The notes under the pieces: model-generated
Database searches by the model: none
Told to the model about the DNA's origin: nothing
The model's input: only the letters and a program-made list of their open reading frames with translations
Part shown: one piece after another, positions 1 to 10,706 of the stretch
Numbering within the stretch: position 1 is the first letter of the stretch
Layout: every line of letters starts with the position of its first letter
Translations under genes and position numbers: made by a program
From: Kiritimatiellia bacterium
GTDB lineage: Bacteria > Verrucomicrobiota > Kiritimatiellia > RFP12 > UBA1067
Direction: 5' to 3'
Length of the DNA: 64,000 nucleotides
NCBI GenBank assembly: GCA_050949565.1
Contig: JBMNFY010000017.1
Location: 160,001 to 224,000, forward strand

Positions 1-658
1 TGCGGTGCGGCAACGGGGTGGTTTCCGTGACCCCGATGCAGTACGGATCCCGTTGCCACTGGTCCTTGGGCAGCAACCGCACCGGACGTTCGCTGAAGGC
101 GCTGAACGGTACGCGGTAAACCCCACCAAGATTCTTATCCTTAAGGTCGAAGAAGGTCTCGGTGAAGTAGATGGCATTGCCGCGCACGCGCACCGCGTTG
201 GCGAGCTTGATATTTTCAACCACCGGCTCAATGCGCTGCGGCTCGCCCTTCTTGTCGATCACCACGCGCATGATGCGCGACTTGTAGTTCTTGTTGTTGA
301 AGTACTGGTTGTCGCAGTAGTAGAGCGTGCCGTCCTCCGCGAACTCAATGCCCATCGGCGCACCGCGCCCGGTCTCGGGATGGACCAGTGCCGTCATGAA
401 GATCGACCATTTCCCGGTCCGCTTGTCCATCTTCATGATGGCCCCCGGATAGGACGGATCCACAAAATTGGGTGCCGACATGTAGATGTTGCCGTGCCGG
501 TCTTGCGTCAATCCGTCCGGCGTGTTGACATGATCGCCGAACTGCTTGAAGAGCTTGGGCCGATACCGTTCATTCACCATCTCTGCGGCCTCTGCCGTCT
601 GCATCGACGTCGCCACCACCAGCCCACAAACCAAACCCGCCCACACCATACGCTTCAT
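1..658 (-). CDS. Secreted SMP-30/gluconolactonase-like beta-propeller protein (3' end runs off window)
   Basis: Manual minus-strand translation MKRMVWAGLVCGLVVATS...NTPDGLTQDRHGNIYMSAPN...APMGIEFAEDGTLYYCDNQ. Signal peptide, propeller-type blades, AAGGA RBS. Absent from the ORF track because no stop lies in the window. Confidence 0.7.
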   Translation of the reverse strand, partial: MKRMVWAGLVCGLVVATSMQTAEAAEMVNERYRPKLFKQFGDHVNTPDGLTQDRHGNIYMSAPNFVDPSYPGAIMKMDKRTGKWSIFMTALVHPETGRGAPMGIEFAEDGTLYYCDNQYFNNKNYKSRIMRVVIDKKGEPQRIEPVVENIKLANAVRVRGNAIYFTETFFDLKDKNLGGVYRVPFSAFSERPVRLLPKDQWQRDPYCIGVTETTPLPHR

Positions 659-906
659 GATGGATTCCTTTCTTTTAACCTGTACCCGGACGTTGATAAG
701 CCCACACAGGGTCACCCTCGACCCCAGTCGAGCGCATGTTTTAGATCGTACCATGCCATCGCCTTTTTGGCAACGCCAACTCTCCGATTTTTTTATTTTA
801 TTTTTCGTATTGCTTTCGAAATCATTATTTATTACTTTGTGGTCTGGATCGGAGGTAATCAGGTTGTTGCGGTTCTGTCGGCCCCGGGAACACTTTTGAG
901 CATTCA

Positions 907-2397
907 ATGATGACGGTAAAAAAACATACACGCATCCTGCCGGTGCTGATGTGCGCCGTATGGACATGCGCAGCCGAACAAAAAGCGGCGCTCACCTGTG
1001 ATGTCGCTGTCATCGGCGGTGGCAGCGCCGGATTCGCGGCAGCGTGGTCCGCCGCACATCTCGGCTCCTCTGTCATCCTCGTCGAAAAGGAGTCGATGCT
1101 GGGCGGGACCTCCACCCTCGGCGGCGTCAACAACTGGGAGCCGGGCATGGGCGGAACAGGTGTGCCCTATCGTGTCTATCAGCGTTTGCGGCAGATTCCC
1201 GGCGTTGCCGGCGTCTATCGCTTTGACCGTCACCTCGCCTGGCGCAAGCCGTGGGAGAAGTACACCTTCCCCGGCGGCATGATCGAAACCGATCCCTGCG
1301 TCTCCTACGCCCACACCCTGCGCCGCCACGGCCCCGGCATGGGCAACGAGGCGTGGTTCCGCGAACACTGCCGCGGCGTGATCTTCGAGCCGGACGCCAT
1401 GGCGGAAACCATGCTGGCCATGTTAAATGAAACCGGGCGCTGCCGCGTGCTGCTCAACACGGCTTTCTGCGAGGCGCGCCACGCGGACGGCACGGTCAGC
1501 GCGGTCTCGCTCAGCGACGGCACGGTCGTGCGCGCGAAAATCTTCATCGACGCTACGGACGCCGCGCTCTGCGCCCAACTCGGTTGCGAACTGATGACTG
1601 GACGCGACCGCCGTGCCGACTTCAACGAGCCCGGCGCACCACCGGAGCCGCTCATGCGTCTCAACGGCGCCACCCTCATGTATCGCATTACGCCGCTCGC
1701 GAAAAATGAGCCCGACCTGATTGAACCGCTGCCCGAGGGCATTCCCGAAAAATGCTGGTGGCAAGGTGGCTTCCCGGTTGCGTTCGTCGGTCAATATCCG
1801 AAGGGCGGCCGCTTTGTCAACATGCTGCCGACCATGCGCGGCGAAGAGTATCTCGAGCTAGGTCCCGAGAAAGCGTATGCGGAGTGCCGCCGCCGCGTGT
1901 TGGCGCACTGGCATTGGTATCAGAAGAACTACGACGAGTTCCGGCGCTTCCGGCTGAAATCGATCTTTCCGGTCATGGGCGTGCGCGAGACCCGCCGTGT
2001 GCGTGGCGAATATGTGCTCAACCAGCGCGACCTGATCGCGACGCTTGCCAATCAAAAACACGACGACATCATCGCCATCGCCGACCACCCGATGGACAAC
2101 CACGGCGGCGGCGGACCGAGCGGTGAGTTGAAAGGCCCCTACGGCATTCCGTATCGTTGTCTGTTGCCGTTGAAAACCACGAATGTCCTGATTGCCGGAC
2201 GCGCTGCCAGTTTCAGTGCCATCGCAGCTTCAAGCTGCCGCCTTTCCCGCACCATGATGCAACTCGGGCAGGCAGCCGGTACAGCCGCGCATCTGTCGTG
2301 TTCGGGCAGTGTCCCGCTGCGCGAGGTACAGGCTTCTGAGATCCGCCGCGTGATGGCGGAGCGCATCGACCAATTTGTGAAAGAACTCGCTGAATGA
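907..2397 (+). CDS. FAD-dependent oxidoreductase (FAD_oxidored type), probably exported
   Basis: DVAVIGGGSAG Rossmann motif, FIDATD, RETRRVRG, YGIPYRCL, C-terminal MQLGQAAG; N-terminal signal peptide. Confidence 0.85.
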   Translation: MMTVKKHTRILPVLMCAVWTCAAEQKAALTCDVAVIGGGSAGFAAAWSAAHLGSSVILVEKESMLGGTSTLGGVNNWEPGMGGTGVPYRVYQRLRQIPGVAGVYRFDRHLAWRKPWEKYTFPGGMIETDPCVSYAHTLRRHGPGMGNEAWFREHCRGVIFEPDAMAETMLAMLNETGRCRVLLNTAFCEARHADGTVSAVSLSDGTVVRAKIFIDATDAALCAQLGCELMTGRDRRADFNEPGAPPEPLMRLNGATLMYRITPLAKNEPDLIEPLPEGIPEKCWWQGGFPVAFVGQYPKGGRFVNMLPTMRGEEYLELGPEKAYAECRRRVLAHWHWYQKNYDEFRRFRLKSIFPVMGVRETRRVRGEYVLNQRDLIATLANQKHDDIIAIADHPMDNHGGGGPSGELKGPYGIPYRCLLPLKTTNVLIAGRAASFSAIAASSCRLSRTMMQLGQAAGTAAHLSCSGSVPLREVQASEIRRVMAERIDQFVKELAE

Positions 2398-3146
2398 CCA
2401 AAAAACGCAATCGGAAACAGCAGATCCTTGAACTGCTGATGGAGCAGCCTGAACTCTCCGTCAGTGAGCTGAGCCGCCACTTCGGTGTATCGGAGGTCAC
2501 GATCCGCAGTGACCTAAGGGAACTTGAGGCTCAAGGCCATCTGGTGCGCCAGCACGGCGGCGGCCTGCCGACCCTGCACACCAATGTGGCCGAGCGCCAG
2601 CGCGCGCGCATCGACGAGAAGACCCGTATCGCGCGCGCGGCCGCCGACCTGATCAGCGATCTCGACGACGTGATGATCACCGCGGGCACCACCACCTCGT
2701 TGATTCCCCGCTTCCTGATCGGCCGACAGGGCGTAAACATCGTGACCAACTCCACCCTGCTGCTGCCCTTCGTGCGCCACACCCCCGGTCTCTCAGTGAC
2801 CCTCACCGGCGGCGAGTTCCGTCCCGCGATCGAAGCACTGACCGGACCGGCCACGATCCGTGAACTTGAGCAATTTCATGTCGGCAAAGCGTTTCTGGGA
2901 TCAGACGGCATCACCGCCGACAAAGGCACCACTGCGGACGGCGCGGATATTGCCGACGTCTGCCGCCGCATGTCACAGCAGGCACGTCAGACCATCGTGC
3001 TGGCCGATGCCTCCAAACTCGGGCGCGAAGGTTTCGCTCACATCATGCCTGCATCCGAAATCGACATCCTGATCACCGACACCGCCGCCCCGCAAGACGA
3101 AGTCGAACGTCTCCGCAAGAAGGGTGTCGATGTCCGAATGGTGTGA
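2394..3146 (+). CDS. DeoR/GlpR family transcriptional regulator
   Basis: HTH SVSELSRHFGVSEVTIRSDL, GTTT and LADASKLG sugar-binding motifs; ATGA overlap with the upstream gene. Confidence 0.95.
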   Translation: MTKKRNRKQQILELLMEQPELSVSELSRHFGVSEVTIRSDLRELEAQGHLVRQHGGGLPTLHTNVAERQRARIDEKTRIARAAADLISDLDDVMITAGTTTSLIPRFLIGRQGVNIVTNSTLLLPFVRHTPGLSVTLTGGEFRPAIEALTGPATIRELEQFHVGKAFLGSDGITADKGTTADGADIADVCRRMSQQARQTIVLADASKLGREGFAHIMPASEIDILITDTAAPQDEVERLRKKGVDVRMV

Positions 3147-3289
3147 GGTTCCTAGCCCCTCCCTTTTCGTGTCGAGAAAACGGAAGCTTTCAACTCCCCC
3201 CCTGATGGTGTAACATAACTGCGTTTTTATTCCATCGCAAAGCAGTCTTTGTGAACCGGCCGTGAAACTGTGCCGACAAGGAGCGAAAC

Positions 3290-3880
3290 ATGAAGCATGC
3301 ATCAACACGTCGTGCGTTTCTGGTGCAAGCTGGCAAGGCGGGAACCCTGCTGGCTGGGGCAGCCGCCCTGACCGGACACGCCAACAACCCAAAAACGGAG
3401 GCAAAGCAAAAAATGGCAGATAACAAGAAAATCTTGGTTGCGGCGGATCCCTTCGCCGTGTCGCTTAAAGATCAGATCGTCGCGTTCTTGAAAGAGAAAG
3501 GGTATGAGGTAACGGACTACAGCAAGGCGCAAGGTCAGGACCGCCCGTACTACGACAGCGCAGTCGCGGTCTGCGAAGCCATGCAGGCGGGAGCGGCTCC
3601 GCGTGCCATCCTCTTCTGCGGCACGGGCATGGGCATGTCGATCGTGGCCAACCGTTTCAAAGGCGTGACCGCCGCCGTCGTCGAGTCGGTTTTCGCCGCT
3701 AAGATGTGCCGCGCCATCAACAACGCCAATGTGCTCTGTCTCGGCCAGATGATCTGGGGTCCGGACATGGCCAAAGCTGCGGTCGAAACATTCCTGAACA
3801 CGAAATTCACGGAAGGTCTTGAGGGCCTCTCCGAATTCCTGCACGGTGCCTGCAAGAAGGTCGAATCCATCCGGCCCTAA
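3290..3880 (+). CDS. RpiB/LacA/LacB family sugar-phosphate isomerase with N-terminal Tat-like leader
   Basis: ILFCGTGMGMSIVANRFKGV and NNANVLCLG motifs; leader STRRAFL; AAGGAG RBS before 3290; alternative in-frame ATG at 3413. Confidence 0.85.
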   Translation: MKHASTRRAFLVQAGKAGTLLAGAAALTGHANNPKTEAKQKMADNKKILVAADPFAVSLKDQIVAFLKEKGYEVTDYSKAQGQDRPYYDSAVAVCEAMQAGAAPRAILFCGTGMGMSIVANRFKGVTAAVVESVFAAKMCRAINNANVLCLGQMIWGPDMAKAAVETFLNTKFTEGLEGLSEFLHGACKKVESIRP

Positions 3881-3921
3881 TGCCCTCGGATAGTGCTTAA
3901 ATAACTAAAAGGTGACTCAAT

Positions 3922-4998
3922 ATGGATCAACACGCTCTTGACCTCTTGCAGGCCTTGGTGGCCTTGCCGACGCCGACCGGATTCGAGTACGACGGCATGG
4001 CCTTGCTCTCTCAGTATCTGAAGAAGGCTGCGGTGCCCAATCTCGCCATCGACGTCCACGGCAATCTGCGCGCCTGCCTCAACCCCGACGCGCCGCTGCG
4101 AGTCATGATCGAAGGCCACTGCGATGAAATCGGCTTCATGGTGCAGTACATCGACGACGACGGGTTCCTCTACATGTGCCCGCTCGGCGGAGTGACCGTG
4201 CCGCTGGTCGCGGCCGAGCGTATTGTGATCCAAGGCCGGAACGGCAACGTGTTCGGCGTGTTCGGGGTGCGTCCGCCCCACCTGATGTCTGCCAAAGACA
4301 GGGAAAAGGTCGCGCCGCAGGAGTTCAAGGACATCGCCGTCGATATCGGCGCGCGCACACGCGAAGAGGCGCTGGAGCTTGTTGATCTCGGCAGTCCCGC
4401 GGTCGTCGATGCCGGCTGGCGTCCGCTCGCAAACAACCGCGTGGCGTGCCGCGGCTTTGACAACCGCATCGGCGCGTTCATTGTGACCGAAGCCATGCGC
4501 CGCCTGGCCGGCGAGAAACTTCCGGTCGCGTTGCACATGGTCGCCAGCGTGCAGGAAGAGATCGGCTTGGTCGGTGGCATCACCACCGCGTATGACATCA
4601 ATCCCCATATCGGCCTGTGCGTGGACGTGACCTTTGCCGCCGATGCCCAGAAAGATGACCGCAAGGTCGTGGGCGACATCCGTTTGGGCGGCGGCCCCGT
4701 CATCGGCGTGGGGCCCACCTACCACACAACCTTGAACCGTCTGATCACCGACGCGGCCGCAGCCGCCAAACTGACTGTGCAGCGTCAAGTGCGCGGACGC
4801 GGCACCGGCACCTGTGCCTGGGCCATGCGTCTCTCGCGCTCCGGCGCGGCGGTGGCGCAACTCAGCATCCCGCTGCGTTACATGCACAGCCCGGTCGAGG
4901 TCCTCAGCTTGGACGACGCATCCCAGACGATCGACCTGCTTTGCGCGGCGATCCGCGCCATCCCGGCCGACATCGACCTGCGCCCCCCGCAGCCGTAA
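3922..4998 (+). CDS. M42 family aminopeptidase
   Basis: GHCDEIG, FDNRIG, QEEIG, DVT and RYMHSPVE metal-binding motifs. Confidence 0.92.
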   Translation: MDQHALDLLQALVALPTPTGFEYDGMALLSQYLKKAAVPNLAIDVHGNLRACLNPDAPLRVMIEGHCDEIGFMVQYIDDDGFLYMCPLGGVTVPLVAAERIVIQGRNGNVFGVFGVRPPHLMSAKDREKVAPQEFKDIAVDIGARTREEALELVDLGSPAVVDAGWRPLANNRVACRGFDNRIGAFIVTEAMRRLAGEKLPVALHMVASVQEEIGLVGGITTAYDINPHIGLCVDVTFAADAQKDDRKVVGDIRLGGGPVIGVGPTYHTTLNRLITDAAAAAKLTVQRQVRGRGTGTCAWAMRLSRSGAAVAQLSIPLRYMHSPVEVLSLDDASQTIDLLCAAIRAIPADIDLRPPQP

Positions 4999-5007
4999 CT
5001 GCTGCCT

Positions 5008-6161
5008 ATGCCGTCCTTCCCGATCACCTGCCTGCTCGATCAGCCCGCGCCCAGCGAGACCTTTATCCGGCGCGAGTTGGATCTGCTCAGGCAGCGTGGT
5101 TGGCCGTTGACGGTGCGCCTGTTAAAGGGGCAGCCCGGAGCATTGCCGTTTGTCTGGCGGACGCTCCCCGCCGCAGACCGCAGGGCGCTGCTCCGTGCCG
5201 CTGGCCGCCGTCTGCGTGAGGAACTGCCGCGCGCATCGGTAACGGCGGCCCGTCTGTTGCGCCGCCTGCCCCAGGGTGCCGCCCTGCTTCACGCGGTACA
5301 GCACGACGGCACCCGTTTGCTTCACGCGCAGTTCGCCGGCATCACCGCCGATCTGGCCGGTCTCGCGGCACAGGCCGCCGGTCTGCCGTGGAGCTGCGCC
5401 GTCCACGCGCGTGACGTTTTCGCGGTGTCGCCTCCCCTGCTCTACCGACGTCTACGCAGCGCCGCCGCTGTGACCGCCTGCTCGCAACAAGCCGCAAATG
5501 CCGTGATCGCTTGCGGTATTCCGGCTGCAAACGTTCACGTCATCCACCACGGCCTGCCGCTGGCACACTTCCCGTTTGACCCCGCACGCGAAGGTCCTAC
5601 GCTCTTTTTACCGCCTGCCGACTGGAAGAAAAAAAGGGGCTCGACACCCTGCTGCACGCTTGCGCATGCCTTGCCCGGCGCGACATACAAGGTTCACCTG
5701 TGTGATCGCCGGTAGCGGCCCGCTCGAACGCGACCTGCATGCCCTCGTGCGACGGCTATCGCTCGATACCGCCGTCACCTTCACCGGCTGGCTCACGCAA
5801 GAGGAGATCCGTGCCCATCTGCTGGCCGCACGCGCCGTGGCGTTACCGTCACGTCGTACCGCCGATGGCGACCGCGACGGCATCGCCAACATCCTGCTGG
5901 AGGCGATGGCGCTCGGCACGCCAGTCGTCACGACCGAAGCCGGTGCCGCCGGTGAAGTGCATCGAGGATCGCGTGAACGGCCGTCTGGTGCCGCCCGACG
6001 ATCCGGATGCGCTGGCCGACGCGCTTGAGGAACTGCTGCGCGAGGAAGACGCCGCACGTGTGCTGACACAAGCCGCGCGGACAACAATCGAGTCACGCTT
6101 CGACGCTGAAAAAAACATCACGGCACTCGAAGCGTTCTTTGCGCAAGCGCAAAGAAAATAA
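5008..6161 (+). pseudogene. GT4-type glycosyltransferase split by about three frameshifts (or sequencing error)
   Basis: SETFIRREL and HARDVF in one frame, RLEEKKGLDTLL in another, then VIAGSGP...DGDRDGIANILLEAMALGTPVV, then IEDRVNGRLVPPDD. Shifts near 5605, 5690 and 5960. Confidence 0.8.
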
Positions 6162-6231
6162 GCGGTCGATAGAATCGAGCGAAAGTTCGAAAGATTCGAT
6201 TCCGTCGATTCTTTCGATTCCCTCGACTACT

Positions 6232-7167
6232 CTACCCCTGCGTCCACGCTCGCCGCACGAAGCCCAGAGATTTGGTGAGTTCGGTTGTTTTGACCTGCGG
6301 CGAAGGCTCGAACACCTTAAGAACCGCGTCCACCGCGTAGAAATTGAAATCAGCAAAATCGATCGCGCCCTGTCCCGGCGGCAAATGGTCATGCGTGGGT
6401 GGTAGCGCGTCATGGATATGGATGCCACGCGTGAATGGCAGAAGCGCGCGCGCCGCATCAACATGACGGATCAGGCCCAAGTTGGCGCGCACCTGCCCGT
6501 GGCCCATGTCATGCCAATAGGCCAACGCCGGCGTATCGAAGCGCCGCTTCAGCATCGCCATCTCGCCCTCATCAGGAAACGCTTCGATCGATGGCAGATT
6601 CTCGAGACACAATGCAAGACCGGCTTTCTCAAACTCCGGCAGCAGCGTGTTGAGCGACAAGCAGAAGCGATCAAAAATTTTACGGACACGCGCCGTACGC
6701 CGACGCCGTGCCTTGGCTAACAGTCGCTGATACGCAGGAGCCTCGATCGCGCCCTCATTCTCAAGCGCGTTGACCAGTGTACCGGTGTGCAGCTTACTAT
6801 ACCAGGCGTCCAAGAAAACACGTCCTGCATGCAGCACCACGGCTCGCGCACCGATTGAGGCCCCAAACTCCAGCGTACGGCGCAACATGATCGCGGCCAT
6901 GGCCCGGTCGTCATCGTCCTTCGATGCCAGCAGATAGAGTTCGGGATAGCCGTGCGGCGCACCCAACGGCACCGGACAGAAGGCATGTACGCTATCCACC
7001 ACCACCTCGCCGGCCTCGACTTTCCGGCGCACACCGGCAGCCAGTTCCTCCGTCGTGAGGTAGCCCAATTCTAGAGCGTCAAACCCCATGCCGAGGATTT
7101 CATCGACCAGCAACTCGCCCGCCTCATGGCGCGCGGCATTCCAGTTGGTTGAAAGCGCGATCCGCAT
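6232..7167 (-). CDS. Sugar-phosphate isomerase/epimerase (AP endonuclease-2 TIM barrel)
   Basis: SVHA, LENLP, WHDMGH, HIHD...DHLPPGQG and terminal FE metal motifs. Confidence 0.85.
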   Translation of the reverse strand: MRIALSTNWNAARHEAGELLVDEILGMGFDALELGYLTTEELAAGVRRKVEAGEVVVDSVHAFCPVPLGAPHGYPELYLLASKDDDDRAMAAIMLRRTLEFGASIGARAVVLHAGRVFLDAWYSKLHTGTLVNALENEGAIEAPAYQRLLAKARRRRTARVRKIFDRFCLSLNTLLPEFEKAGLALCLENLPSIEAFPDEGEMAMLKRRFDTPALAYWHDMGHGQVRANLGLIRHVDAARALLPFTRGIHIHDALPPTHDHLPPGQGAIDFADFNFYAVDAVLKVFEPSPQVKTTELTKSLGFVRRAWTQG

Positions 7168-7173
7168 GGCAGA

Positions 7174-7755
7174 CTACCGGTTAATCAGTGTCATGAACTC
7201 CTGGCGCGTGGCGGGGTCGTTCCTGAACGACCCCAACACCACGGAGGTCGTCATCACCGAATTTTGTTTTTCGACGCCGCGCATCATCATGCACAGATGG
7301 TGACACTCCATCACCACGCCGACCCCTTCCGCCTGCACCTCCGTCATAACCGACTGGGCGACCTGCTCTGTCAGGCGTTCCTGTATCTGAAGACGGCGCG
7401 CAAAACAGTCGACGATGCGGGCGATCTTGCTGACGCCCATCACCTTGTCCTTGGCGATGTAGCCGACATGGCAACGTCCGTAGAACGGCAGGAGATGATG
7501 TTCACACAGACTATAAACCTCGATGTCACGCACAATGATCATGTGGTTCAAGTACGCTTGGAACACCGCTCCATTGAGCACCTGTCGTGCGGTCTGACCG
7601 TAGCCCTCCGTCAAGAAGGCCAGCGCCTTCGCCACGCGCTCGGGCGTTCGCTGGAGCCCTTCGCGCGCGGGATCCTCGCCGAGTTCCACCAGCAGCTCGC
7701 GCACCAGCGCGGCCACACGGTCGGCATTAATCGTTTTTTTATCGGTCTCAGTCAT
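7174..7755 (-). CDS. folE: GTP cyclohydrolase I
   Basis: [46 protein letters not shown]. Confidence 0.97.
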   Translation of the reverse strand: MTETDKKTINADRVAALVRELLVELGEDPAREGLQRTPERVAKALAFLTEGYGQTARQVLNGAVFQAYLNHMIIVRDIEVYSLCEHHLLPFYGRCHVGYIAKDKVMGVSKIARIVDCFARRLQIQERLTEQVAQSVMTEVQAEGVGVVMECHHLCMMMRGVEKQNSVMTTSVVLGSFRNDPATRQEFMTLINR

Positions 7756-7813
7756 TGTGTGCATCACCACCCACGGCATGCCGTGGGTGGTATGAGTATG
7801 GAAGGTAGTCTGG

Positions 7814-8953
7814 TCAGGCCAGCTCTTTCATGGTCACGACCGGCACGTCCTTGGCCGCAGCCGGTTTCAACTCGGAGAGGTGCTTCGGATCGAACCACCA
7901 GCCCTTCTCAGCATCGAGCGTCCAGATCGCCGGTGCCATCGACAGCACGGTTGCAGCGAAGCCCTGTAACGTTGCGGCGGCATTACCGGTGTGCGACGAA
8001 TTATCGGCCTCGTTCTCAATCACGAACGGGCGGGAGAAGCCTTTGTCCATCAGGATCTTGAAGAAGGCTGTCCAGTCGATGCTGTCCGATCCGCCGTAAC
8101 CCGGCAGCCTCGGCTCGTAATGGTGGCGATCCCACTCGTTCGCCGGCTGACAAACGCCCGCGCGCTTTGCCAGATCGGCATCGACCTGCTGCATCGGATA
8201 GAGACGGCCCCACTGGATCGCGGCCAGGCTCTTCGCGTGGTTGCGCGTGCCCTTGATGTGTACGCGGTGCAGACGCGAGAAATCGGTATTCGCGATGACG
8301 TCCACCGGGTCGATATTCTGCCAAGCATCGTGCGACGGATCATAGGTCTCGCCGTGGGCCTTGCTCGGGATCAGCGCGTACATCAGCTTGCGCGCTGCCA
8401 GCGTGCAGGGCAGGTTGTTGTAGGTTGTGGGCGCCGAAGCCGGCCGCCATCCCTCCATCGGGCAGTTCTCGTAGACCAGTGTCACGCCCAGACTCTCGGC
8501 ATATTTGACAATCGGCGTGAAGACCTTGGCGTACAGATCGAGGTTCTTCGCGAAACCGCCATCCTCTTTTCCGAGTTCATGGTTGTAGCCAACGAACGTA
8601 CCGACACACACGTCATTGGCGTCGCCACCCAACAGATGCGCGATACGGATCAACTTCAGGATGTGATTCTGGTTCGCCTCACGCTCGGCAGGATCGCCCG
8701 CCAGCAAGTTGTCGTAGGCGCCGACCGAAACGCGGATCTCCTTTTTCGCGCAGGTGTCGAGCACGCACTTGGCGTCTTCCAGCGAAAAGGTCTCGTAATC
8801 CAGGTGCGTAGCCACATGGTCGCGGCGCGTGCCGTCGCGCCGGAAGACGCACAGTTCAGCGCCTTGAGCACCGACACGCTTGACACGCTCGACCACCTCG
8901 TCGAACGTGAGTTTCGGAAAAGCGGATGTCATCAGCCAAATCGGATTGTTCAT
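7814..8953 (-). CDS. Sugar-phosphate isomerase/epimerase family protein
   Basis: YENCPM, YDPSH, VHIKG, IENE motifs. Start placed at MNNPIW behind GAGGAG; the ORF-track extension to 9190 overlaps the serC promoter. Confidence 0.8.
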   Translation of the reverse strand: MNNPIWLMTSAFPKLTFDEVVERVKRVGAQGAELCVFRRDGTRRDHVATHLDYETFSLEDAKCVLDTCAKKEIRVSVGAYDNLLAGDPAEREANQNHILKLIRIAHLLGGDANDVCVGTFVGYNHELGKEDGGFAKNLDLYAKVFTPIVKYAESLGVTLVYENCPMEGWRPASAPTTYNNLPCTLAARKLMYALIPSKAHGETYDPSHDAWQNIDPVDVIANTDFSRLHRVHIKGTRNHAKSLAAIQWGRLYPMQQVDADLAKRAGVCQPANEWDRHHYEPRLPGYGGSDSIDWTAFFKILMDKGFSRPFVIENEADNSSHTGNAAATLQGFAATVLSMAPAIWTLDAEKGWWFDPKHLSELKPAAAKDVPVVTMKELA

Positions 8954-9081
8954 ACGTACTTTACTCCTCATGTTTTCTATCCCCCATTGCACGTGCAAAT
9001 AGGATATGAATGAACGGTATGAGCATGATGGTTTTTTTAGGGCGGGTTGTCCAGTACAAAGGGTTTTCAAAAGTTCCCTTA

Positions 9082-9110
9082 TTGACAATGTTCGAACGCC
9101 AAGGCATGAT
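9082..9110 (+). promoter_or_regulatory. Sigma70-type promoter for serC
   Basis: TTGACA (9082-9087), 17 nt spacer, CATGAT (9105-9110). Confidence 0.6.
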
Positions 9111-9183
9111 AAGGAGCGTTTTGACAACCGGGGAAGGCAGCCCTTGAGGGCACACCGGTAGCAAACAGATAAGGAGCAAATGT

Positions 9184-10260
9184 ATGGCACGTGTGTATAA
9201 TTTCGGAGCGGGACCTGCGACTCTGCCGTTAGAGGTTCTGCATGAAGCCCAAGCGGATCTGGTGGACTACAAGGGAGCGGGTATGTCCGTCATGGAGATG
9301 TCGCACCGGGGCAAGGAGTATGATGCAATCCACAACGAGGCGATCGCGAACGTCAAAGAGTTGCTGGGCTTGAATGACGATTACGCGATCCTGTTCCTGC
9401 AGGGCGGCGCGAGTATGCAATTCGCCATGCTACCCCTGAACTTTCTGGGCGAGAGGCAGACCGCCGACTACGTCAACGCCGGCTCTTGGGGCGCGGCGGC
9501 TGTCAAGCAGGCGCGCCTGATCGGCAACGTCAACATCGCGGCCGACTGTCAGAAGGACATCCCCACGCGCATGCCGGAAGCCTCCGAGATGAAATGGACG
9601 CCAGGTGCAGTCTATAGCCACATCACCACCAACGAGACCATCTCTGGCGCTCAGATCAAGGAACTGCCCGAGACCGGTTCGCCGCTGGTCGCCGACATGT
9701 CGTCGGACATCCTTTCCCGTCCGCTGGACTACACCCGCTGCACGATGATCTACGCGGGTGCGCAGAAGAACCTCGGGCCATCCGGTGTCGCGCTGGTCGC
9801 GATCCGCAAGGACTTTGCCGAAACGGGGAACATCTCGCTGCCGGCGATGCTGCGCTACCAGACGCATATCGAGAGCAACTCGCTCTACAACACGCCGCCC
9901 TGCTTCAGCATCTATATGCTCTGCCTGACGACGCGCTGGCTGAAAAAGGTTGGGCTGGAGAATCTCTTCAAGCAGAACCGCGATAAGGCACAGTTGATCT
10001 ACGACGTCATCGACGCATCGAGCTTCTACCGCGGCACCGCCAAGAAAGAGTGCCGCTCCGACATGAACGTCACCTTCCGTCTGCCGACCGAAGAACTGGA
10101 AACGCTCTTCATCAAGCAGGCGTCCGACGCGGGCATGAAGCAACTCAAGGGACATCGTTCCGTGGGCGGCATCCGCGCTTCGATCTACAACGCCTTTCCG
10201 GTCGAAGGTGTCCAAGCGCTGGCCGCCTTCATGAGGGACTTCGAAGCACGCAACGGCTGA
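9184..10260 (+). CDS. serC: Phosphoserine aminotransferase
   Basis: YNFGAGPA, EMSHRG, AGAQKNLGPSG (PLP lysine), GHRSVGGIRASIYNA. Confidence 0.98.
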   Translation: MARVYNFGAGPATLPLEVLHEAQADLVDYKGAGMSVMEMSHRGKEYDAIHNEAIANVKELLGLNDDYAILFLQGGASMQFAMLPLNFLGERQTADYVNAGSWGAAAVKQARLIGNVNIAADCQKDIPTRMPEASEMKWTPGAVYSHITTNETISGAQIKELPETGSPLVADMSSDILSRPLDYTRCTMIYAGAQKNLGPSGVALVAIRKDFAETGNISLPAMLRYQTHIESNSLYNTPPCFSIYMLCLTTRWLKKVGLENLFKQNRDKAQLIYDVIDASSFYRGTAKKECRSDMNVTFRLPTEELETLFIKQASDAGMKQLKGHRSVGGIRASIYNAFPVEGVQALAAFMRDFEARNG

Positions 10261-10270
10261 TCTGATTACT

Positions 10271-10353
10271 GCACTTAGTCGGTTACACTTCGTCGCGTAC
10301 ACTTCGTCCAAAACTTTTCGTCGAAACTCTTCGTCGCGTACACTTCGTCGCTG
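10271..10353. repeat. Tandem array of six ~14-bp units (ACACTTCGTCGCGT-like)
   Basis: Units start at 10271, 10285, 10299, 10313, 10326 and 10340; degenerate inverted units follow at about 10358-10383. Confidence 0.8.
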
Positions 10354-10423
10354 GTACAATCGACCAAGTGTTGAGATTAAGTGTGTCTCCGCGCACAGCA
10401 CGGAGAGAAAGCAGTGCCGCGAC

Positions 10424-10706
10424 CCGCGCACAGCGCGGCTCTTGTCACCGCACTCCAGATTTCGCAGTGCTCTGCGAGGGAACCTGAGACCAACCTTCCG
10501 CGCAGCGGAAGGCGGCTCGTGGGGACACTCGCCCTTCAACCTTCGCGTCTTCGCGCCGTCGCTTGAAACAACCGAGCAGCGCTTTTACTCTCAAGATTGC
10601 GAGCCACTACGTGGTCGCAATAGGAGATGTTGACTCGCGCCCCGCGACATGCGACTTGCGGCCAGCCCAGCTCTCCAAAAAATCTGTGCTAATCTGTGGA
10701 TAAAAA
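10424..10706. repeat. Composite cluster of dispersed REP-like repeats
   Basis: 10424-10453 matches reverse complement of 38183-38212 (29/30). 10511-10538 matches 38215-38242 (26/28). 10597-10634 matches 15850-15887 (34/38). Short 9-10-mer triplets at 10541 and 10682. Confidence 0.8.

Noticed and set aside
5-910. 301-aa plus-strand ORF
   Set aside because: Shadow of the real minus-strand propeller gene (1-658), which has an RBS and signal peptide.
9120-9183. Structured serC leader (ACCGG...GCCCT-TG-AGGGC...CCGGT)
   Set aside because: A small hairpin only; I recognise no riboswitch match, and such stems arise by chance in GC-rich DNA.
10271-10353. Possible CRISPR array
   Set aside because: Units are about 14 bp and contiguous, with no unique spacers and no cas genes.
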